Below, piece by piece: positions 18,758 to 26,790 of a DNA stretch of 30,663 nucleotides. The translations under genes were made by a program, and so were the position numbers. Numbering within the stretch: position 1 is the first letter of the stretch; each line of letters opens with the position of its first letter. The notes under the pieces were generated by a model that had not been told where the DNA came from, ran no database searches, and was given only the letters and a program-made list of their open reading frames with translations. Source of the stretch: Promethearchaeota archaeon (GTDB lineage Archaea > Asgardarchaeota > Lokiarchaeia > Sigyniarchaeales > SOKP01); the NCBI GenBank assembly GCA_048938855.1, contig JBHLLT010000032.1, positions 1-30,663 on the forward strand. Direction: 5' to 3'.

Positions 18758-19897
18758 TTATAAATACATCTGAAAATTACTTTCGATAATATCTTTTGTC
18801 TCCTTAAACTCTGAAACATTAATTAATTTATTAAGATCTTGGATTTCAGTTAATTCATTTCTATATTTTTCTTTAAATTCTTTAGCAAATTTATCCATTA
18901 ATTTTTTTAAAACTATATTTTTACGATTAGTAATTATTACAACAGCAAATCCAAGATTATCATAGTTAACTATAATATCTGAGTTGTCTGTTTGAAGTAC
19001 ATCGATTTGATCTTTAGGATCAACAAATTCAGAGAGAATATGGTTGATTCCTATTAGAATATTACCCCATACAGTTGAATCAACTTGGCTATTTTCAGTT
19101 TTAAATTGATAGGAATATAATAAAATCCCTGATTTATGGTAAATATTGATGTAATGAATTTTATTTGTTAGTTCTGAAAACATTTCAGGTTTTCGTAATA
19201 TCATATAACATATTGATAAGATATTAATCCACAAAGAAAGAAAATGTAATTCTCTAAATAACGACACTTGGAAAAAAATATATAAAATGTACATTAGGAA
19301 GGGGATGGAAATGATAAATGTATTAAAAATTAATGCTTTCACTGAATCTTTATTTCTTGCTTTTATATATATCATATAGGAAAATAAGAAGTAAAACAAT
19401 AGTGAAGATAATTGAAATACTACTATTATTACTCCAGTGAACATATCGAATGAAAAATTAATTATTGAAAGATCACTAACAAAAAAAGGTGGTGAATTAA
19501 GTGAATTAACTGATATTTGAACTGAATTAGGGGAAAAAAATGATCCAATTAATAACCCTGCCAAGGTAGTAAAAGTTAAAAAAGGAAAAGACGGAATCTT
19601 CTTAAATTCCTTTAAAAAAGAATAGATTAAAGAAGTAATAAACAAAGAGATAAATCCAGATATTAAAGATATTTTCCATAATAAGATATTGACGCTTTCA
19701 GAAATCAAAAGGAAAACAGACAACATATATAAAGAAGAATAGATCAATACAGCGTTGAAAATTGCTAAAAAGTTTAAAATTGTTGAAATTTTAGTACCAT
19801 ACTTATTATGATTTTTAACTATAGAAATCAGACTATAGATACTTACACAAAAGGTCGTTATAAACCCAATAATTATTATTAAAGAAATTATAGACAT
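18758..19897 (-). CDS. Seven-TM membrane protein with a C-terminal longin-like domain (paralogue B)
   Basis: Seven hydrophobic segments, then INIYHKSGILLYSYQF...GNILIGINHILSEF...AVVIITNRKNIVLKKLMDKFAKEFKEKY, which follows the longin beta-beta-alpha-beta-beta-beta-alpha-alpha pattern. Confidence 0.75.
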   Translation of the reverse strand: MSIISLIIIIGFITTFCVSIYSLISIVKNHNKYGTKISTILNFLAIFNAVLIYSSLYMLSVFLLISESVNILLWKISLISGFISLFITSLIYSFLKEFKKIPSFPFLTFTTLAGLLIGSFFSPNSVQISVNSLNSPPFFVSDLSIINFSFDMFTGVIIVVFQLSSLLFYFLFSYMIYIKARNKDSVKALIFNTFIISIPFLMYILYIFFQVSLFRELHFLSLWINILSICYMILRKPEMFSELTNKIHYINIYHKSGILLYSYQFKTENSQVDSTVWGNILIGINHILSEFVDPKDQIDVLQTDNSDIIVNYDNLGFAVVIITNRKNIVLKKLMDKFAKEFKEKYRNELTEIQDLNKLINVSEFKETKDIIESNFQMYL

Positions 19898-20105
19898 TTT
19901 AATTATTCACAATATAATTTATTTAGTTCTACAGATGATCTGATTTCAACAAATAACCCAAACTTTTCAATTATATTATTATTAATGAATATAGAAGATA
20001 CCGTTATAAATATAATTTTATTTATTATTGATAAAGTCTCATATCATTTTAATAAAAATTAGTAATAATAGAATATTTTTTTCAAAACTAAATGATCTGA
20101 TTAAT

Positions 20106-21206
20106 TTAACTGTTTATTATAAACGGTTCAAAAAACTCCAAAATTATATCTTTTGCATTCCTAAATTCTGAAGCATCAATAAGACCTGTCAGATTTTTCA
20201 ATTTCTCTTGATTCAAGTCAGTGAATTTCTTCATAAATTTACTCACAGCTTTATTAATAAAAGAATTTCTATGATTAGTAGTTAATAATAAAGCATAACC
20301 ATGTGTATTATCATATTCAAATATAATATCTCTGTTCTGCATTTTAATAAGTCCTAATTGATCTTTTTTGTTAATAAAATTTGAAAGAATATGGTTAATC
20401 CCTATTAAGATCGATCCTTTTAAGAGAGATTCATCGGTCTCAGTACCGGTTTCGAAATTATATGAATAAAGCAGAATTCCACTTCTATGGAAAATAATAA
20501 AATCATAAATTTTATTTGTTAGTTCAATGAACATAAATGGTTTTTTAATTAAATAATAAGAAACAAAAACAGCACCAAATATGTAAAAAGTAGCATAAAA
20601 ATATTTTATAAAATAATTTTTTGTAATAATATATGTAGAAAATAAGATAATAATAACACAAAACTCAAATGTAAGAGTACTTAACATTTTTTTTGATTTA
20701 TTATCTCGTATATTTGAATAAAATTTTATAATATTATAACACAATACTCCAATAATAACTATATTATAACTAAGAATCGAAATAAGAAGCACTAAATTCT
20801 GAAAGTTAAAAAAATAGAATCCATAGCTTAAAGTAATTGTAAATGAGTTAGGTATGAAGGCTAATCCTAATATAATCCCCATAAATAGTGAATAAAGGAG
20901 CATAGATAAAATTGCTTTCTTTTCATAATTGATTACAAATCTCTGAATTAGGCTCAACATACTTAATGAAAAAACCCAGAACAGTATTGTAAAATGCCAT
21001 AAAATAAGAGCTTGATCTTCTGTAAAATAAATCTCCGAAGATAAAAAGAAAAAAGTATTAAAAAATATTCCCAAAACAATATAAATCAATCCATTTAAAA
21101 AAATATTTAATTTACTCCCAAAATTCTCACGCTTTATATATAGAGAAAAGATGCCGATTAAAGAGATAATAACTGAAATTATAATCAGAATGATATCGAT
21201 TATCAT
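20106..21206 (-). CDS. Seven-TM membrane protein with a C-terminal longin-like domain (paralogue A)
   Basis: Seven hydrophobic segments, then FIIFHRSGILLYSYNF...GSILIGINHILSNF...YALLLTTN...AVSKFMKKF. Clearly homologous to 18758-19897. Confidence 0.75.
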   Translation of the reverse strand: MIIDIILIIISVIISLIGIFSLYIKRENFGSKLNIFLNGLIYIVLGIFFNTFFFLSSEIYFTEDQALILWHFTILFWVFSLSMLSLIQRFVINYEKKAILSMLLYSLFMGIILGLAFIPNSFTITLSYGFYFFNFQNLVLLISILSYNIVIIGVLCYNIIKFYSNIRDNKSKKMLSTLTFEFCVIIILFSTYIITKNYFIKYFYATFYIFGAVFVSYYLIKKPFMFIELTNKIYDFIIFHRSGILLYSYNFETGTETDESLLKGSILIGINHILSNFINKKDQLGLIKMQNRDIIFEYDNTHGYALLLTTNHRNSFINKAVSKFMKKFTDLNQEKLKNLTGLIDASEFRNAKDIILEFFEPFIINS

Positions 21207-21421
21207 ATTTTATCTATGAATTCCTATTACTCAGTCAAAAAACATATAGATTAATATTATTTAAATTTGATATGTTTTAAAATGTGCTTTTACAACATAA
21301 AAATTCTTCAATTTTAAAACACATCTTATAAATTTAATAGCTACTATTAAATTGTAAATAATAAAAATGAAATATTCTTATTATTTAAATTTAAGAAAAG
21401 GGATTCACTTTTCAATTCCGT

Positions 21422-23299
21422 ATGAAAGAATTTATTGATTATTTGGAAAAAGAAAATATTGTCGGACAACTAAAAAAACTCTATAATTTTAATTCAAGTG
21501 AACAAAATAATTCTAAATCCCTAACTAACATAATTAAAAAACTTTTTTCGTTTGATTCTTACTCTGGTATACAGATTGAAGATTCAGATATATTGACTGA
21601 AATTTATGAAAAGATTAGAACGCATCAAGAAAAAAAAAAGTATGGTGAATTCTATACTCCACCATCAATAGTTAAGTATATCCTAAATAGAATTGGTTAT
21701 AATGGTTTTACGTCAAAAAAAATAATAGATATTAGTTGTGGTTCTGGAAGCTTTCTCATACAAGTAATTAGGATATTAATTAAAAAACATCTTAAAACTT
21801 ATAATAGAGAACAGATTTCTGAATTAACTGTTAATGAAGCTAAAAGTATTATTTCAACCATAAAGGATAATATTTTTGGTATTGACATTAACCCAATTGC
21901 TTGTATCCTATGTCAAATTAATTTTTATTTCACCCTGTTCGAAATCTTAAATCATATAATATCTTTTGAGCCAGATTATCGCTTACCATGGTTTAATATA
22001 AAGAATTGCAATGCTTTAACGATGCATAGTGAAAAAAAATATGATTTTGTAGTAGGAAATCCTCCTTATTTATTCATTAGGGATATTCCCTTTGATCAAA
22101 GGTCAATTATTGAAATGTCAAATTTTGATACAAATGATGGTCAATATGACTATTATCAAATATTTATAGAACTTGGGATAAAAATGCTAAGACAAGGAGG
22201 TATTTTAGGATATATCGTTCCAGATTCGCTGTTAGCACTTTCAAATCGTTCAATTCTTAGAAAATATATATATGATAAAACAAAAATCAGAGAAATTTAT
22301 CATACTGGTCCAAAATTTAGTGATCCTATTGTTTCAAATATTATTATAATTTTGGAAAAGGAAAATAATGCATCAGAAAGAAAAAATAACTTAATTAGGT
22401 TGAAATACGCAAATCAATCTGAAGAGGTTCTTCCCCAGAAAATCATAGAAAAATGGGGCTATAAATTTTTAATTCATTTAAATGAGATTGATATTTTAAT
22501 ACTAGATCAATTAAACTCAGATTTTCCTAAATTAAAGAATTTGCAGGATAAATATAATGTAAAATTAATATTAGGCAGAGGGGTTGAGTTATCTAAAACA
22601 GGGAAAATAATTTATTGTGAAACCTGTAATAAATATTTCCCATTTCCTCAAAAGAAATTCAAATGTGATATTTGTAATTCAACTTTAAATGAAGAAAATA
22701 GTGAGAATATTATTTATGACGATATCCTTACAATAGAAAGGCAGGATAACTATCAATTATTTCTATTTTCAATTAATAGATATCAGATAACTCAATATAA
22801 ATATATTGACACTTCTAAGCTTGGAATTAATTATAAAGATTTCAATCTTTATAAAGATAGAATAATAATAAGGCAGATTAGTCAGAATGGCAAAATCTGT
22901 GCTACCTATGACAATAATTTATCTTTGACTTCTCAGTCGTTTTATAATTTAAGTATTAAACAATCCCCAATTCGGGAATTTAATAATTATTACTTATTAG
23001 GTCTAATCAATTCAACCCTTCTTTCCTATTTCTTCATTAAATCATTTGGAACGTATAAAAAATTATTCCCAAGAATTCTAATTGAGAAAATAAAAGATTT
23101 CCCTATCAAAGTTCCGAGTTCCAATAAAGAAAGGAGTATTGCTAAAAAAATAATAGAAAGAGTTAAACTTATTCTAAATCACTTAGATGATTTGGAAATA
23201 CACCAAGAAGCGATTGATTCTTTAGTTTTTCAGTTATATCAGATATCGGAAAATAATCAGAAATATATTATGAACTATATGAAAACTCTAAAAGATTGA
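21422..23299 (+). CDS. N6-adenine DNA methyltransferase (TaqI/Eco57I-like, gamma order) with a C-terminal target-recognition region and a zinc-ribbon insert
   Basis: GEFYTP, DISCGSGSFL, GIDINP, VGNPPY, GYIVP and YLLGLINS...FPI, plus CETC...CDIC at 22616-22675. Confidence 0.9.
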   Translation: MKEFIDYLEKENIVGQLKKLYNFNSSEQNNSKSLTNIIKKLFSFDSYSGIQIEDSDILTEIYEKIRTHQEKKKYGEFYTPPSIVKYILNRIGYNGFTSKKIIDISCGSGSFLIQVIRILIKKHLKTYNREQISELTVNEAKSIISTIKDNIFGIDINPIACILCQINFYFTLFEILNHIISFEPDYRLPWFNIKNCNALTMHSEKKYDFVVGNPPYLFIRDIPFDQRSIIEMSNFDTNDGQYDYYQIFIELGIKMLRQGGILGYIVPDSLLALSNRSILRKYIYDKTKIREIYHTGPKFSDPIVSNIIIILEKENNASERKNNLIRLKYANQSEEVLPQKIIEKWGYKFLIHLNEIDILILDQLNSDFPKLKNLQDKYNVKLILGRGVELSKTGKIIYCETCNKYFPFPQKKFKCDICNSTLNEENSENIIYDDILTIERQDNYQLFLFSINRYQITQYKYIDTSKLGINYKDFNLYKDRIIIRQISQNGKICATYDNNLSLTSQSFYNLSIKQSPIREFNNYYLLGLINSTLLSYFFIKSFGTYKKLFPRILIEKIKDFPIKVPSSNKERSIAKKIIERVKLILNHLDDLEIHQEAIDSLVFQLYQISENNQKYIMNYMKTLKD

Positions 23300-23311
23300 A
23301 TTTTAGCTAAA

Positions 23312-23479
23312 TTATTGATTTTTTTTTTTGGAATTGTACGTCTTTAGTATTTTATCCCATTTATCGGCTAGTTCCTCAAGATTCGTCCTTCTAAAAAGTT
23401 TAACTGCACGATCTAAGATATTAGCAATATTTTCCTCTATTTTCAAAATGTCTGGATCAGTAGATGAAGATTCTATCAT
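23312..23479 (-). CDS. 55-aa ORF, either a small protein or the 3' remnant of a larger gene
   Basis: MIESSSTDPDILKIEENIANILDRAVKLFRRTNLEELADKWDKILKTYNSKKKNQ* is amphipathic and helix-like. The frame stays open about 18 codons upstream without a canonical start. Confidence 0.45.
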   Translation of the reverse strand: MIESSSTDPDILKIEENIANILDRAVKLFRRTNLEELADKWDKILKTYNSKKKNQ

Positions 23480-23624
23480 AATTGAAAAATGATGAGATTT
23501 GAATTTAAAATAGAATGGTATGTAGAACTTGACTTAGGTATGATTTTAATATTATCTAAATACCTATATTTATATTATTTTTGTATTATCTAAGAATTTA
23601 ATAATAAGAAAAAGTTTAATACAA

Positions 23625-23741
23625 ATGGAACGGCTTCCTAGAACTAATCTACTGAAAGAATTTTTGCAGAATTATTTCAAAGAAGTTGAAGGTCTTCTAA
23701 GTGTAGCTATATGTGATCACATTCTTTTATATTGGCTATAG
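23625..23741 (+). pseudogene. Truncated roadblock/LAMTOR-like gene (N-terminal helix and first strand only)
   Basis: MERLPRTNLLKEFLQNYFKEVEGLLSVAICD resembles the start of roadblock domains (helix, then V.G....AI.D..G). It is followed by HILLYWL* instead of the rest of the domain. Confidence 0.5.
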
Positions 23742-23911
23742 ACTTATAGAAAATCTTTAAAAATCTACTTTTTGAAGGAATTTATTAATTTTTTGTATTA
23801 CAGATATTATAATTTTATCAAGAGTCTAGAAAAATTATTTAAATTCAGAAACAAATATTTATGATATTTACGATTTTAGTAATACTTTATTTTACTTAAT
23901 TGTAAAAAAAG

Positions 23912-25651
23912 GTGAATAAAATACAAACACAGCGATCTCCATATGATTCTAAAATTTGGTTAAAATCATATGATGAACATGTTAAACCAAGTTTGGAATA
24001 TCCAAGGGAAAGTCTTGGTAAATTATTTGATAAAGCAATCTCAAGATACCCCAATAGAGTAGCTTGTTATTTTATGAAAAATAAAATAATATTTGAAGAG
24101 TTTCGAAGTTATGTATATAGCTTTGCTACTTTTTTACAGAGAAATGGCTTAGTTAAAGGTGATAGAGTGGCGATTATGCTCCCAAATTGTCCTCAATACA
24201 TGGTAGCACATATCGGGACGTTAATTGCAGGCGGAGTTGCTTCAGGATGTTCACCCCTTTTAAGCCCAACTGAAATTACTTATCAATTAAATGATTCTCA
24301 AGCGAAATTCTTTGTTACTCTGGATGCGATTTATGCGAAAGTTTTAATAAAGATATTGGATAATGTGCCAAATCTTCAATCAATTATCACTACTAATATT
24401 GCTGATTATATGGGACTTCCTGGCGCTCTAGTATTCATTGGAAAATTAGCAGGAAAGATTCCAAAAGGAAAAGTTAAACCATATCCCGGAAAAGATGTAA
24501 TCGATTTCCAAGAAGTGATGAAAATACAAAAGGATTTTAAAATTCCTGATATTGATATTGAAAAAGATCTAGCTCTACTTCAATATACAGGAGGTACCAC
24601 AGGGCTTCCAAAAGGTACAGAACTAACCCATCGAAACATTATTTCAAATATGGAGCAAATTATAACTTGGATTGACAGAAAAGTAGCAGGTGAGGGTGAG
24701 ATTAACTTATCTGCTTTTCCAATGTTCCATTTAGCAGGATTAGCAATGAGTATGGTTACACTTTACATATCTGGACCACAAATTTTAATTGCAGATCCTA
24801 GAGATACCAAACACTTAATTAAAGAAGTAATCGATAAACATCCTAGTATAATGGTTAATGTACCGACTTTATATTTATCAATAAAAAACAGTCCACTAGC
24901 AGATAAAATTCCTGAATCCGCTTTAGATAGATTGGAAGTCTATATTTCTGGTGCGGCTCCATTCCCTGCTGAGGCAATTCGTGATTTTGAAACTTCGATG
25001 AAAGCAACAAATAAACTTATGGAAGTATATGGAATGACAGAGACATCTCCAATTTTAACTATGAATCCTTATCGTGGGAAAAAAAAAATTGGGACAGTTG
25101 GTATACCAGTACCAGATACCGAAATTCGAATTGTTGATGTTGAAACTGGGAAACAAGTTGAGCTTGGTAAACCTGGTGAGATAATTTGTAGAGGCCCTCA
25201 AGTCACTAGGGGGTATTACAATAAGCCAGAAGCAAATTCTAAAACGATCATTGATGGATGGTTTCATACTGGTGATGTAGGCGTTATGGATGAAGATGGT
25301 TTTATTACAATTGTAGATCGGACAAAAGATATGTTAATTGTTAGTGGTTATAAAGTGTATAGTGTTCATGTTGAGGATATCTTAACAAGGCATCCTAATG
25401 TTGAAATGGTTGCTATCATTGGTCTTACAGATCCAGAGCGCCCAGGCAGTGAGACTGTTAAAGCAATTGTCCAACTTAAAGAAGGCATCCAACTAAGTGA
25501 AAAAGTTAAAGAAGATTTGAAAAATTATGCTTCTGAACATCTCTCAAAATATGAAAATCCTAGAATTTGGGAATTTAGGGATTCACTACCCTTAACTACA
25601 GTTGGAAAAGTTTTGAAAAGAACATTAAGAGAAGAGATTGAAAAGAGTTAA
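23912..25651 (+). CDS. fadD: Long-chain fatty-acid-CoA ligase (FadD-like ANL enzyme)
   Basis: LQYTGGTTGLPKG, YGMTETSP, GWFHTGD, IVDRTKDMLIVSG and LPLTTVGKVLKR. Confidence 0.9.
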   Translation: MNKIQTQRSPYDSKIWLKSYDEHVKPSLEYPRESLGKLFDKAISRYPNRVACYFMKNKIIFEEFRSYVYSFATFLQRNGLVKGDRVAIMLPNCPQYMVAHIGTLIAGGVASGCSPLLSPTEITYQLNDSQAKFFVTLDAIYAKVLIKILDNVPNLQSIITTNIADYMGLPGALVFIGKLAGKIPKGKVKPYPGKDVIDFQEVMKIQKDFKIPDIDIEKDLALLQYTGGTTGLPKGTELTHRNIISNMEQIITWIDRKVAGEGEINLSAFPMFHLAGLAMSMVTLYISGPQILIADPRDTKHLIKEVIDKHPSIMVNVPTLYLSIKNSPLADKIPESALDRLEVYISGAAPFPAEAIRDFETSMKATNKLMEVYGMTETSPILTMNPYRGKKKIGTVGIPVPDTEIRIVDVETGKQVELGKPGEIICRGPQVTRGYYNKPEANSKTIIDGWFHTGDVGVMDEDGFITIVDRTKDMLIVSGYKVYSVHVEDILTRHPNVEMVAIIGLTDPERPGSETVKAIVQLKEGIQLSEKVKEDLKNYASEHLSKYENPRIWEFRDSLPLTTVGKVLKRTLREEIEKS

Positions 25652-25760
25652 TGAATAAATTTCTATTTTTTTTTTAATTCCATTTGTTTGAATTCAACAT
25701 CATTTTTTTAATCCGTGTTTAACTAACATTATTAAATCGATAAATTAATAATAATTAAAA

Positions 25761-25765
25761 GAGGT
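25761..25765 (+). promoter_or_regulatory. Shine-Dalgarno-like site (GAGGT) of the candidate selenoprotein gene
   Basis: Matches the archaeal anti-SD complement (GGAGGTGA). No comparably good site precedes ATG 25834. Confidence 0.6.
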
Positions 25766-25773
25766 TTTATGAA

Positions 25774-26694
25774 ATAGTACTCAAAATTGTATGGCATGAG
25801 ATTTTAGCTACGTGAAATACGCGTGGATACGTTATGGGTTTTTCAATAAAAGAGCTTACATACAAAGGAAAATACCTCATTTATTTAAGTGAACAGGAAT
25901 TAACCGGCCCTTGGTTTAGTTTTAAATTAGAAGGAAAAAAGATTGGTACAATTCCAGTGATCCTTAAAAATATTGAACCTACACCGATTTATAATATGGT
26001 TAACACCAGAACAGGAACACATATAAGTAGAATCACTCTTGATTTCAATATTACAGCGTATTTAAAGAAACTGGTAAAAGAAAAAAAAATATCTCCAATT
26101 CCGTTAGAAAAAAAAGAATTTGTTCGTGTATACAAGGATATCTTCAATCCTCGTAAAGTACCATATATTAATACATTTTTCACGTTAAAAAATATATCAG
26201 ATTTTGCACTGAAAGATTTTTCGATGTATTTTGTCTTTGATTTTGATATAAATGGATTAGCGGGATATGATAACGATCTCTCAGGTTATGACAAAGAAAA
26301 TGATATAATTTACCAATATGACAATACCGGTCTATATGGTGGATTCTCTCCCATTTCTAAATCTACCAACTTTGAATCATGTTTAACTAAAGATTTTACA
26401 GTTGATCAGAATAAAATGAATCTTTCCAATACGCTCCACAAAGGACCTGGAGAAATTTTATCTGCTTTACAAATTGAATTCATGACTATAGAGCCTGATC
26501 ATACATTTCAAACTGCTCTCGTTATATCTGGTGGAGAAAGCAAAGAAGAATTATTCGAAAATATTAAACAAGGAAAAAGTAACGCTATGAAGCATCTTCA
26601 TCAAGTAAATAGGTCTGTAAAATCAGACCAACGAAATCTTCAGGAAGAAGCATTTATTAAAATTAATCTCCAACAAGCCGAAGATTGTAAATAA
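25774..26694 (+). CDS. Candidate selenoprotein of unknown family (306 aa, Sec14 encoded by in-frame TGA 25813-25815)
   Basis: Upstream of ATG 25834 the same frame reads ATA GTA CTC AAA ATT GTA TGG CAT GAG ATT TTA GCT ACG TGA AAT ACG CGT GGA TAC GTT ATG (IVLKIVWHEILAT*NTRGYVM). GAGGT at 25761-25765 sits 8 nt before the ATA, and a SECIS-like hairpin follows the stop. Confidence 0.75.
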
Positions 26695-26774
26695 AAAATC
26701 CTAAATAATGACTCAAATAAAAAAACCATTTTGGAAAGTTATTTGATGAAAACTCTGCTCGAGAAGGATTTTTT
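26693..26774 (+). promoter_or_regulatory. Eukaryote-type SECIS element in the 3' UTR
   Basis: Helix I AAAAAATCCT (26693-26702) pairs with AGGATTTTTT (26765-26774). The core is ATGAC (26708-26712) opposite TGAA (26747-26750), giving tandem GA/AG. Helix II TCAAATAA (26713-26720) pairs with TTATTTGA (26739-26746). Unpaired AAAAA (26721-26725) precedes a mini-stem CCA-TTT-TGG. Confidence 0.8.
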
Positions 26775-26790
26775 AAAAAAAATTGATTAT

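Noticed and set aside
19935-20102. Direct repeat ATGATCTGATT at 19935-19945 and 20092-20102
   Set aside because: Only two 11-nt copies in AT-rich DNA, with no array or element structure; probably chance.
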